The notes under the pieces: model-generated
Seen by the model: the letters and a program-made list of their open reading frames with translations, nothing else
The model's database searches: none
Told to the model about the DNA's origin: nothing
Position numbers and translations under genes: made by a program
In this document: piece after piece, positions 26,301-35,258 of the stretch
Layout of the letters: each line of letters opens with the position of its first letter
Position numbering within the stretch: position 1 is the first letter of the stretch
Virus record (IMG/VR): IMGVR_UViG_3300031953_000062
Span: 1-37,984 of that record
Strand: one strand, 5' to 3'
DNA from: a virus
Lineage: Duplodnaviria > Caudoviricetes
Length of the DNA: 37,984 bases

Positions 26301-26599
26301 CTGCGCCTAGCAATCCTTATGGGCCGCTCGGGCTGATTAAGTCCGTGCTGCGTTGCGACGACGACACCGCCTTGGCTGTGAAAAACAACCTGGGCGGCGT
26401 GCTGTCGCATGAACCAACGCGGGCATTCATCGCGATTGCTTGGCACCTCGCAAACACCACTGCCACCAGCAAGGGTGGCAGTGATAAATCCGTTTACATC
26501 AATGAGGGCAAGCGCATGGCCGGGCTGTTTCTAGTGCAGTGTGCCGGCCGCGGGCTTGACCTATCCACTTTCAGCGAACCAAAGGACGAATCTAAATGA
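26297..26599 (+). CDS. Bbp19-like head-module protein (100 aa)
   Basis: INEGKRMAGL motif; lies between portal and scaffold. Confidence 0.65.
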   Translation: MTAPSNPYGPLGLIKSVLRCDDDTALAVKNNLGGVLSHEPTRAFIAIAWHLANTTATSKGGSDKSVYINEGKRMAGLFLVQCAGRGLDLSTFSEPKDESK

Positions 26600-27606
26600 A
26601 TATCTATCAACTTTTGAACCTGCCCCGCCCTGTATTTGCGCCCGAAGGTGGCGCGGGCGGCGGCGATGCTGGCGGCGGCGATGCCGGTGCAGGCGATGCT
26701 GGCGCGGGCGATGCCGGTGCGGGCGATGCCGGTGCGGGCGATGCTGGCGCGGGCGATGCTGGCGCGGGCGATGCTGGCGCGGGCGATGCTGGCGCAGGCG
26801 ATGCAAACCCCTATGCGTGGTTCGGCGACGAGCTGGCGGCGGATGAACAAAAATACCTTGAGGATAAGAGTTTCACCAAGCCGCGCGACCTGTTCAAATC
26901 CTTGCGCGCCGCTGAAACCATGATCCGTGGCGACAAGATCAGCGGCCCGCCCGAGGACGTAGAAAAGCAGGGCGAATGGTTCAAGGATAGCGGCCTAGCC
27001 AAACGCCTTGGCATCCCCGAAGAGCCGAAGGATTACGGGGTCGAAAAGCCCGCCTTTGATGAAGATATCGCCGCGCATATCCCCTATGACGACGACCGGC
27101 ATGGGCGCTTTCTGGATGCCGCCCATAAGCTGAACCTGACCCCGGCGCAGGCCAAGGGCGCGCTGGACTTCTACGCGCAGGAAATGGGCGGCGATGCCAA
27201 GAGTTTCACCGATGCCGCGACGGCGGATGAAACTGAAATGAAATCTACGCTGACAAAGGAATGGGGCGACAGTTACGATACCAATCTGCGCGCCAGCTTG
27301 GAGGTTGCGCAGGAGGTCGGACTTGACGAGCAAGCCATTGAAAGCCTGCGGGTTGGTAAGGTGGCCGGATCTGCGACCCTGACCAAGATCCTGCACGAGC
27401 TGGCCGTGGTGCGCGGCAATGACACGCTCAAAGGCGGCGGCGGTGGCGGCGGCGGTCAAAGCAAAGAAAGTGCGCAAGCGGCCTTGGACGAGTTCACCGG
27501 GAAAAACGGTAAGGCACTGACGACGCGGGATCATCCCGAACATGCGTCTGCGATGGCCAAGCTGCAAGAGTTGAAGCGGGCCGCTGGCCGGGGCAGCTCA
27601 AGCTAG
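26596..27606 (+). CDS. Capsid scaffolding protein (336 aa)
   Basis: LGIPEEPKDY, AHKLNLTPAQA, LTKEWGDSYD and DHPEH motifs; low-complexity N-terminus. Confidence 0.85.
   Translation: MNIYQLLNLPRPVFAPEGGAGGGDAGGGDAGAGDAGAGDAGAGDAGAGDAGAGDAGAGDAGAGDAGAGDANPYAWFGDELAADEQKYLEDKSFTKPRDLFKSLRAAETMIRGDKISGPPEDVEKQGEWFKDSGLAKRLGIPEEPKDYGVEKPAFDEDIAAHIPYDDDRHGRFLDAAHKLNLTPAQAKGALDFYAQEMGGDAKSFTDAATADETEMKSTLTKEWGDSYDTNLRASLEVAQEVGLDEQAIESLRVGKVAGSATLTKILHELAVVRGNDTLKGGGGGGGGQSKESAQAALDEFTGKNGKALTTRDHPEHASAMAKLQELKRAAGRGSSS
26662..26805 (+). repeat. In-frame 15-bp tandem repeat encoding ~10 GDAGA units
   Basis: GGCGATGCYGGYGCR units every 15 nt from 26662 to 26797. Confidence 0.95.
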
Positions 27607-27683
27607 ATTTGGCCTAGATTTAGGTTGTCAACACAAGCAATGGTAGCTAGTCGGTAGAGTGCCACAACGCAAAGGATGGGACA

Positions 27684-27971
27684 GTGAATATTCATGTAGC
27701 GCGAGATTTAGACCCAGATTTTAGGGCGGGCGGGGCAGAGGCTCTTATCAAACGGGCCTCTGGAAAGCCTGTCACGAACCACGAAAACCATATCATGCAG
27801 GCCGCACGCGATCTTGCGACCGATACCGTGGCGCTGATAAAACTCCAAGATGATGGCGCCCCGCTGGCCAGTGTGGCGCTGGCGATCACAGATCAGCGGA
27901 TGAAAATTGCCTTTCTTGAAGGGGTCGGCGAGCTTTTACGCTTTACCGCGCCCAGGCTCGCCGCCGGATAA
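27684..27971 (+). CDS. Moron-like hypothetical protein (95 aa)
   Basis: GCAAAGGA RBS, GTG start, own terminator. Interrupts the usual scaffold-capsid adjacency. Confidence 0.55.
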   Translation: MNIHVARDLDPDFRAGGAEALIKRASGKPVTNHENHIMQAARDLATDTVALIKLQDDGAPLASVALAITDQRMKIAFLEGVGELLRFTAPRLAAG

Positions 27972-27997
27972 CCCCATATCTGACGCGCAATCGGAAC

Positions 27998-28027
27998 ACA
28001 GCTCGCCTTAATCGGCGGGCTGTTTTT
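27998..28027 (+). terminator. Intrinsic terminator
   Basis: ACAGCTCGCC-TTAATC-GGCGGGCTGT-TTTT. Confidence 0.75.
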
Positions 28028-28046
28028 CATTTCGGGGGTTGTATTT

Positions 28047-28063
28047 TACTACAAAATGGAGTG
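28047..28063. promoter_or_regulatory. 17-bp operator in the capsid promoter region
   Basis: TACTACA-AAA-TGGAGTG, between TTGTAT and GATAAT. Confidence 0.75.
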
Positions 28064-28228
28064 GATAATAAACCCACGCGGTCGCCCTGCCCCTAGCAGG
28101 CCCGCTGACGGTGAGCAAAGACCCATGGGCGCGCGGCCCCTAAATGCGCAGATAGGGTCTAGCATCCGCTGGCCGCCCCTGTCGCCCCGCTTTCAAAACG
28201 AGAAACTTGGCATCAGGAGAAAATAACC

Positions 28229-29143
28229 ATGCCGGATAACAGCAAATATGAGGGCTACGCCGACGATTTCAAAATCGGCTATGATCTGGCCCTGCAACAA
28301 AAGCAGTCGCGGTTTCGCGATAAGGTGAAATGGGCAAGCCCCGTCAAGGGCGACGGCGCGCAGATCGTGGATCACATTCTGCCATTTGAGGCCGAAGTGG
28401 GTGGCGACGACTACGCCGATACCAAATGGACCCACCCCGAAATGATGCCCCGCTGGGCCTTCCCGATCAGCCTGACCGTCTCGGTGCCTGTCACCACAAC
28501 AGACCGGCTGTCGATGCTGGCCGACCCAAGCAATGATCTGACGGCCTCGATCCTCGCGGCGCAAAACCGCGCGCTTGATGGCAAGATCATCGTGCCGTCG
28601 TTTTTCCGCGATGTGACCGGCGGCAAAGACAAGGACAAGACGCTTGTTTTTGATCCGGCGCAGATCATCGGCAAGGATATCGGCGGTGTCGATAGCGGCA
28701 TCAACCGCGACAAGATCGATTTTGCTATCGAGAAGTTCGAGACAAACGAAGTCGATCTGGACGAGGAAATGCCGTGGATGGCGATTACGCCGCGCCAGCA
28801 TCGCTTGCTGCGCAACTTGGCCGAAGTCAAAAACCGCGATTTCGACAAGCTCGGCGGCGTCGTAGAGAAGGGCCGCGTCACGCAATTCCTTGGCTGCTAT
28901 GTGTTCGTCTCGAACCGTCTGATCAAGGTGACAATCGGCGGCAAAGTCTTTGTCCGTATGCCGATTTGGGTGCCGTCTGGCATGGCGGTGCAGCCATGGC
29001 TTGAGCCAAAGGTGCGTATCAGCGAACGCCCTGACAAAAACTATACCACGCAGCTCTGGTGCCAGGCTCGCTACGGCGCGATCCGCACCGAAGAGGGCCG
29101 CGTGATTGAGGTTCTTTGCAACGAAGAAGCTCTGCCCGCCTAA
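28229..29143 (+). CDS. Major capsid protein (304 aa)
   Basis: AGGAG RBS; LALQQKQSR, TQFLGCYVFVSNRL and YGAIRTEEGRV motifs; follows the scaffold. Confidence 0.9.
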   Translation: MPDNSKYEGYADDFKIGYDLALQQKQSRFRDKVKWASPVKGDGAQIVDHILPFEAEVGGDDYADTKWTHPEMMPRWAFPISLTVSVPVTTTDRLSMLADPSNDLTASILAAQNRALDGKIIVPSFFRDVTGGKDKDKTLVFDPAQIIGKDIGGVDSGINRDKIDFAIEKFETNEVDLDEEMPWMAITPRQHRLLRNLAEVKNRDFDKLGGVVEKGRVTQFLGCYVFVSNRLIKVTIGGKVFVRMPIWVPSGMAVQPWLEPKVRISERPDKNYTTQLWCQARYGAIRTEEGRVIEVLCNEEALPA

Positions 29144-29160
29144 TCGGCGCGCCGCTAACG

Positions 29161-29186
29161 GGATCGGCCTGCGGGCCGGTCCTTTC
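29161..29186 (+). terminator. Hairpin after the capsid gene (probably leaky terminator)
   Basis: GGATCGGCC-TGCG-GGCCGGTCC-TTTC. Confidence 0.55.
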
Positions 29187-29223
29187 ACCTTTCCCCTACA
29201 AGCTAGAAAGATAGGAAAATATC

Positions 29224-29691
29224 ATGGCTGTTGAAAATAAATCTGCCGCCGGTCTGCCTGACCTGACTTCGGCAAAGCCCGGCTCTGTCGATGTGCGCAA
29301 AAACCATGGCGTGCTGCGCACGTCCTGCTTTATCGCCGCGATCACAAACGGCGATAGCATTGGCTCGACCTTTGAAGTCGCGCGGCTTCCCTCGCACGCC
29401 CGTATTTCCAAACTGTCGGCGCTGCACAGCGAAGGCATTGCGGGCGCAACCGATTGCGACCTTGGCCCAGAAGGCAACCCCGATGCGTTCGTAGACGGCC
29501 AGACACTCGCGGCGACGGCCACAGTCGATGGCGCCTCTGCAATTACGGTCGCCTTGATCGATAAGCCGATTTGGGAGCTGGCCGGTCTGGCCAAAGATCC
29601 CAAGGCTGAAATGCCGATCTTTCTGACCTTGAATGCCGCCGCAACGGCGGCAGGCTCAGTCGTGGCCGATCTGGTCTATATCGTAGACTAA
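29224..29691 (+). CDS. Probable capsid decoration/cement protein (155 aa)
   Basis: Small beta-rich protein directly after the capsid gene (GSTFEVARLPSHARI). Confidence 0.6.
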   Translation: MAVENKSAAGLPDLTSAKPGSVDVRKNHGVLRTSCFIAAITNGDSIGSTFEVARLPSHARISKLSALHSEGIAGATDCDLGPEGNPDAFVDGQTLAATATVDGASAITVALIDKPIWELAGLAKDPKAEMPIFLTLNAAATAAGSVVADLVYIVD

Positions 29692-29704
29692 AGGGGATAG
29701 CCCG

Positions 29705-30319
29705 GTGACAGCGTATATTCCCAGCGAAGTAGGCATCGCATCTGCCGCAAGTGTTCATTTGGGCCGTGATCCGATCGTGGATTTCGGCGATCTTGAGGAC
29801 ACGCACGCGCAGATCTTCAAAGAGCGATACCCCGCCGTGCGCGATGCATTGCTGCGGTCCTACCCTTGGAATTTCGCCATGCACTTTGCATCCCTTGCGG
29901 GATCGGTTCTGCCGGTCCCGCAATTTGGCTTTACCCATAAATTCGAGCTGCCAGCGGGCGGCGATCTGGGGTGGTGCCTGCGCCTTTGGGCGGTCGAAGG
30001 CAGCGCCAAGTATGCCGTGCGGGGCCGCGATATTTTCAGCACGCAAGCGCCGCCCTTAACGGTTAGCTATGTGAAGCGCGAAGAAAATCCCGAGATTTAC
30101 GACCCTATCTTTTCGGAGCTGCTGGCCGTCGAGCTGGCACTGGCCCTTGTCAACCGCATCCCTACGGATGAAGTGCGCAAGCGCACGCGCGAAATAATGG
30201 CCACGCGCAAGGAATTGCGCCGCTCTGGCAAGCTGACCGATGCAATGGAGCAATCCGCCGGAACCTACGCCACAAATGGCGGTCAAGGATCTTGGCTCGA
30301 TGCGCGGAGGCCCGCATGA
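29705..30319 (+). CDS. Tail adaptor (tubular protein A, T7 gp11-like)
   Basis: RDALLRSYPWNFA, FELP and DPIFSELLAVELA motifs. Confidence 0.82.
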   Translation: MTAYIPSEVGIASAASVHLGRDPIVDFGDLEDTHAQIFKERYPAVRDALLRSYPWNFAMHFASLAGSVLPVPQFGFTHKFELPAGGDLGWCLRLWAVEGSAKYAVRGRDIFSTQAPPLTVSYVKREENPEIYDPIFSELLAVELALALVNRIPTDEVRKRTREIMATRKELRRSGKLTDAMEQSAGTYATNGGQGSWLDARRPA

Positions 30320-32499
30320 TTATCGGCGCGGCCAAACGGTCCCTTATCGGCGGCGAGATAGATCCTGACCTGCATCACGCCTCGGATCTTGTGCCGGTGC
30401 GGATCGGCGCGGCCATCTGCCAAAACTTCATCGTGCGCGCCCATGGCGGCATCGAGCGCACGCCCGGCACCGAACATCTGGCGATTGCAAAGGGCAGCGG
30501 CAAAATCCGCCTTGGTTCTTTCAAGCGCGCCTCTACTGCGGCCTATCTTGCGGAATACAGCGCCAATACCGTGCGCCTGCGCAGCTCGGATATACTCGCC
30601 GGTGACGCGGGCTTTGATGAAGTCGCAACCCCTTGGCCCGCCGATGATCTGGCCAAGCTGCAATTCACGCAATCCAACGATGTGCAATGGATTTTCTCAG
30701 GCAAGCCAATCATGGAGCTGCAACGCTCGGATGCGAGCGGTTCGATATCTTTTAATATAGTAAATTCAGCGGTCAAAAACGGGCCGTTTCTGGACGCCAA
30801 TACCGACAAGGCGCACACAATCTATGTCAGCGGCGGGTCTTATGGCGAGGGCAACATTGTAACCCTGCATAGCAATTTGCCGCTTTTTCAGGCGGGGCAT
30901 GTTGGGGCGTTCTTTAGGCTTGAGGAAAAGGATTTTTCATCGATCCCAAAATGGGAACCGGCCAAAGGCTTGGGCGCACTTAGCAAGGTGCGCTACAATG
31001 AAAATGTCTATCGTTCGATCAATGAGGGGCGGACCAGCGCGAACCCCCCGACGCATACGGTTGGCAGGCAGACGGATGGGGTCGGCGAAGTAGATTTCGC
31101 GCCCGTAACATTTGATTATCTGCATTCGGGTTTTGGCATCGTAAAGATCACGGCCATAACCAGTGCAACGCAGGCCACGGCGCAGATCGTGAACGGGAAC
31201 TTGCCCGAGTATTTGGCGGGCGTTGCAACATGGCGCTGGTCCGAAGGCGCATGGTCAGACGTGAACGGATATCCGGCGGCGGGCGCGCTTTACAAAAATG
31301 CGCTTTGGGCGGCGGCGAGTGAGGCCGAACCGTTCAAGCTCTGGAAGTCTGCGCTAGAGGGGTTTGATGATTTTGAGCCGGGCATAAATGACGATAACGC
31401 CCTGACACGCGGGCTTTACGGCGCCAATACCGAAGCGATCCGCTGGCTGGCCCCGGCCAGCTATATGGCTATTGGCACCGATGGGCCGGAATGGGTGGCG
31501 CGGCCCGATGAAAAGGGCGACACGGTTAGGGTCAACAATCTGATTACCGAAGAGGCCACCGATCAAGGGTCCAGCTATATCCCCGGCATCGTTCTTGCTG
31601 GCACCACGATCTTTGTTGATGCATCCCGGCGCGCCCTGTTCGGGATGCGCTATGATTTCCGAAATGATAATTGGTCGCCGCGCAATCTGTCCTTGCTGGC
31701 CGCGCATATTCTTGGCCAAGGCGTTGTCGAAATGGTCTATCAGCGCAACCCTTGGCCGCTGATATGGTGCCTGTTGGAAGATGGCACGCTGGGCGCGCTG
31801 ACCTATCAGCCCGAGCAGGAAGTTTTGGCATGGCATCGCCATGATCTTGGCGATCCGGTCGAAAGCATCGCGGTCCTGCCGGTCGAGGGCGGGCGCCGCG
31901 AAACCCTCTTTCTGGCGGTGCGCCGCAAGCCGGATGAAGTGCATATCGAGCGCATGGTTGATCGCTTCCGCCCTGAGCGCGGCCAGCAATCCGACGAGGC
32001 GCGATATCTCTTCGGCGGCGTCTCTTATGATCTGGCCGATCCGCAAACCACATTTGCCGGGCTGGATCATCTTGAAGGGCGCCAAGTGATTGCCTTGGTC
32101 GATGGCAACAGCCATCCGCCGATCACGGTGGAAGGCGGCGCCGTCACGCTCAACTTTGCCGGGCGGCGCGTCTTTATCGGCCTGTCCTATAAGAGCCGTT
32201 ACAAAACGCTGCCGTTTGATTTTGGCCAGCCTGACGATTTCCAATCGGGCAAGCCAAAGCGGATTTCTGGGCTGGCAATTGCCTTCCGCGATACGCTGGG
32301 CGGCGTGGTCAAGATGGGTAAAAAGATTGAGCGGATCTTTCGTCTTGGCGCCGCGCCGCTCGATCAAGCCCCGGCGCTCTATACCGGCGTGCGCAATGTC
32401 AATCCGCCGGGGTCCGAAGATAGCGCGCAATTGGAATACATCACCGAAGAGGCATGGCCCGCAACCATCGTGGCGCTCTTCCCAGAATATGAGGTTTGA
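30316..32499 (+). CDS. Tail nozzle (tubular protein B, T7 gp12 / P22 gp10-like, 727 aa)
   Basis: GGEIDP, GAWSDVNGYP, EQEVLAWHRH and GLDHLEG motifs. Confidence 0.87.
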   Translation: MIIGAAKRSLIGGEIDPDLHHASDLVPVRIGAAICQNFIVRAHGGIERTPGTEHLAIAKGSGKIRLGSFKRASTAAYLAEYSANTVRLRSSDILAGDAGFDEVATPWPADDLAKLQFTQSNDVQWIFSGKPIMELQRSDASGSISFNIVNSAVKNGPFLDANTDKAHTIYVSGGSYGEGNIVTLHSNLPLFQAGHVGAFFRLEEKDFSSIPKWEPAKGLGALSKVRYNENVYRSINEGRTSANPPTHTVGRQTDGVGEVDFAPVTFDYLHSGFGIVKITAITSATQATAQIVNGNLPEYLAGVATWRWSEGAWSDVNGYPAAGALYKNALWAAASEAEPFKLWKSALEGFDDFEPGINDDNALTRGLYGANTEAIRWLAPASYMAIGTDGPEWVARPDEKGDTVRVNNLITEEATDQGSSYIPGIVLAGTTIFVDASRRALFGMRYDFRNDNWSPRNLSLLAAHILGQGVVEMVYQRNPWPLIWCLLEDGTLGALTYQPEQEVLAWHRHDLGDPVESIAVLPVEGGRRETLFLAVRRKPDEVHIERMVDRFRPERGQQSDEARYLFGGVSYDLADPQTTFAGLDHLEGRQVIALVDGNSHPPITVEGGAVTLNFAGRRVFIGLSYKSRYKTLPFDFGQPDDFQSGKPKRISGLAIAFRDTLGGVVKMGKKIERIFRLGAAPLDQAPALYTGVRNVNPPGSEDSAQLEYITEEAWPATIVALFPEYEV

Positions 32500-32502
32500 G
32501 GC

Positions 32503-32964
32503 ATGGGGTTCGATCCGATATCAATGGTAATGCTGGCGGGCGCCGGTCTTTCCGCCGCCTCTCAAGTGTCGGGCGGCATGGCCGTAGACCGCGCGGCGGG
32601 CGTCAACGCGCGTATTCAAGAGGGCCAAGCTGACCAGATCGACAGTCAGACGGGCGCGCGGGTTGGTCAAAACCGCCGTGATTTCCGCAAGTTTGCGGGC
32701 CAGCAGCTCGGGGATCTGGCGGCGCATGGTGCCTCCGCATCCGGCGGCACCGGGCTATTGCTGGCCCAAGAGGCGGCGCGCCAAGCAAAGCTCGATCAGC
32801 TCAACCTTGTGACAGACGGCGCCAATGCGGCCAGCGCCGCCCGCATGGGCGCGCAAATGACGCGTTACGAGGGCAAGGCCCGCAAGAAGCAAGCCATTCT
32901 AGGCGGGCTGGGTACGGCGGTCAGCGGCGTGTCGCAATGGTATTCAATGACGCAAGAGGAATAA
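32503..32964 (+). CDS. Small ejection protein (T7 gp14-like, 153 aa)
   Basis: MGFDPIS start, Ala/Gly/Gln-rich; follows the nozzle gene. Confidence 0.7.
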   Translation: MGFDPISMVMLAGAGLSAASQVSGGMAVDRAAGVNARIQEGQADQIDSQTGARVGQNRRDFRKFAGQQLGDLAAHGASASGGTGLLLAQEAARQAKLDQLNLVTDGANAASAARMGAQMTRYEGKARKKQAILGGLGTAVSGVSQWYSMTQEE

Positions 32965-32968
32965 CGGC

Positions 32969-35257
32969 ATGGCCATTCGCGACTATAGACCATCGACACA
33001 AGCGCCCGGTCCCGCATCAGCGCCGCAAATCAATCTCAGCGTGGCGGGCGATAGCAGCGGCGGGCAGAAACTTGGCAATGCGGTGCAGGGCGCGGGTATC
33101 ATGCTGGAAGAGGCCAGCCAAGCTGTTGAGCTGAACGACGCGCGCTTTGAGCTGGGCGAAGGCTTGGGGCAGATCAATCGCGCGCTGAACGACGATACCG
33201 ATTTTGCCACTATGCAGGATCGCTATGACGCGCAAATGGTCGATCTGCAACGCAATGTGATGGATAAGGTGACGACGCCGCGCCTGCAAAGTCAGATGCT
33301 TTTGGAAATGCAGCGGGGCCGGATCGGCGCAGAGGCGCAAGTGATGCGCCGCCAGCAAGAGCTGGAAGGCTCTCACGCCCGCGCCACCCTCACGCGCACG
33401 CTGCGCCAAACCGCCAGCTACATTCCAACCGCCGGTAGCCCCGAGGCCCAAGGCGAAAGCTACAATCGCGCGCAGGTATCAATTGACCAGCTCGAAGCAT
33501 CCGGCCACCTGACCGCCGAGGGCGCCGAAAAGATGCGCAGCGATCTGGATAAAGACGTATCCACCGGGCTGGTTCTGGGCGCGATCAACGCCGATGCGGC
33601 GGCGGCGGCGGCGCGCCTGGCCGAGCCGGGCGCCTTTGGCTTGGAAGAGATTGACCGCCAGCGATACCTTGCATCAGCAACAAGCAAGGCCGAGGCCAGC
33701 GCGCGCGCCGGTCGCACGGTTTTGGAACGCCGGGTAGATACCGCGCGCGGCGTTCTGGTGCGCGGCGGCATGCTTGCGGGCGAGGATCTGGACATGCTGA
33801 AAGGCGACGTCAAGGGTACGGATCTGGAAGTGCCTTTGAATGCGGCCATTCAGGCCAGCGCCGAATTAGGCCAGTTTTCATCAGCAACGCCAGAAAAGCG
33901 CGCCGCCCATATGGCCGAGGTGCGCGAACGCGGCGTGCGGATCGATGATGCGACAATCGGCACGGCGCAGATTGCAACGCTGGAAGCGGTAGATGCCGCC
34001 ATTGGCCGCGCTGAAACCGACGCCCTGCGAACAACCGGCGAGACGGTGCGCGCTGCTGTGATCGCCCTGGGCGATGGCCGCGCCGTTGCCGATATCGATG
34101 CCGTGCGCAAAGCGGCAAAAGGCACCGAATTTGAGGGCGATCTGGATCTGGCCGTGCGCCGCCAAGAGTTTGTGACGCAATACGAAACCGCCGACCGCAA
34201 GACGCAAGCGAAGCTCTTGAGCGATGCGCGCGAAAGCGGCGTCCTTACATCAAACCGCACCGCCGACGAGGCGTTTTTAGATGCGCTTGAAAGCATCGAT
34301 ACGGCGGCGGAAACGGCCATTGCCAAAGATCCGATAAAATACGCGATGGATAACCGCGTGACCGGCGCGGCCCCGCTCGATCTGGGCGATGCGGATAGCG
34401 TCAATGCGCGCATGGCGTTGGTGCAGGAAATGACCGGGCAGTATGGCGCAAAGCCAAAGATCTTCTCGGATGAAGAGCGCAAGCAATTTAAGACGATGGC
34501 CAATGACGGCACGCCCGAAGAACAGCTATCGTTTGTCGTCAGCGTGATCGATGGCTTTGGGCCAGCCTCAGAGGCGGCATTCAAAGAGATTGACGGGCTA
34601 GATCCTGTCGTGCGCCGGGCGGGCGATCTGGTTTTTGAAACTGGAAGTGACGAAGTGGCCGGCATCATTTTGCAGGGCCGCAAAGCGATGGCCGCAGGCG
34701 ACGAGCTGGCCGCGCCGTCCGAAGAGGCGCTGCAAGTATTTTCCGACAGCATCGATGGCGTTCTGCGCTCGATGCCGGGGCGCCGCGAGGAAGTCATTGA
34801 AGCGGCCAAAGCCTATTATGCGTTCATGGCGCCGGGCCGGATCACAGCAGATGGCCGGTCGCGTGATCAATCGGACCTTTTGGCCGAAGGCGTCCAGCGC
34901 GTCATGGGCGGCGTGCGTGTCGATGGCCAGCTTTATGGCGGCATCCAGCCGGTGAACGGCAAGCGGGTGAAACTGCCCGCCACGCTCGATGGCGCGTCTG
35001 TCGAGCGCATGTTTGGCGATGCCACGCTTGACCATTGGAAGGCCGGATCTCTGAGCGGCAAAGGCCCGCATGAGGGTGACGCTGAAACGCTGCCCGAGGG
35101 CGCCGTTTTGCAATGGGTCAAGGGGTCGACCTATCGCGTTGGCGTTCAGTCGCGGCGCGGATCGGTCGAGTGGTATCAAGATCCCGCCATGAGCAACGGG
35201 TTTTTCTATGTGGATCTGAACAAGATGGCGGAAACCTTTTTAAAGTCGGGTGAATAA
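32969..35257 (+). CDS. Ejection protein (762 aa)
   Basis: Long Ala-rich helical protein in the internal-virion block. Confidence 0.7.
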   Translation: MAIRDYRPSTQAPGPASAPQINLSVAGDSSGGQKLGNAVQGAGIMLEEASQAVELNDARFELGEGLGQINRALNDDTDFATMQDRYDAQMVDLQRNVMDKVTTPRLQSQMLLEMQRGRIGAEAQVMRRQQELEGSHARATLTRTLRQTASYIPTAGSPEAQGESYNRAQVSIDQLEASGHLTAEGAEKMRSDLDKDVSTGLVLGAINADAAAAAARLAEPGAFGLEEIDRQRYLASATSKAEASARAGRTVLERRVDTARGVLVRGGMLAGEDLDMLKGDVKGTDLEVPLNAAIQASAELGQFSSATPEKRAAHMAEVRERGVRIDDATIGTAQIATLEAVDAAIGRAETDALRTTGETVRAAVIALGDGRAVADIDAVRKAAKGTEFEGDLDLAVRRQEFVTQYETADRKTQAKLLSDARESGVLTSNRTADEAFLDALESIDTAAETAIAKDPIKYAMDNRVTGAAPLDLGDADSVNARMALVQEMTGQYGAKPKIFSDEERKQFKTMANDGTPEEQLSFVVSVIDGFGPASEAAFKEIDGLDPVVRRAGDLVFETGSDEVAGIILQGRKAMAAGDELAAPSEEALQVFSDSIDGVLRSMPGRREEVIEAAKAYYAFMAPGRITADGRSRDQSDLLAEGVQRVMGGVRVDGQLYGGIQPVNGKRVKLPATLDGASVERMFGDATLDHWKAGSLSGKGPHEGDAETLPEGAVLQWVKGSTYRVGVQSRRGSVEWYQDPAMSNGFFYVDLNKMAETFLKSGE

Positions 35258-35258
35258 G

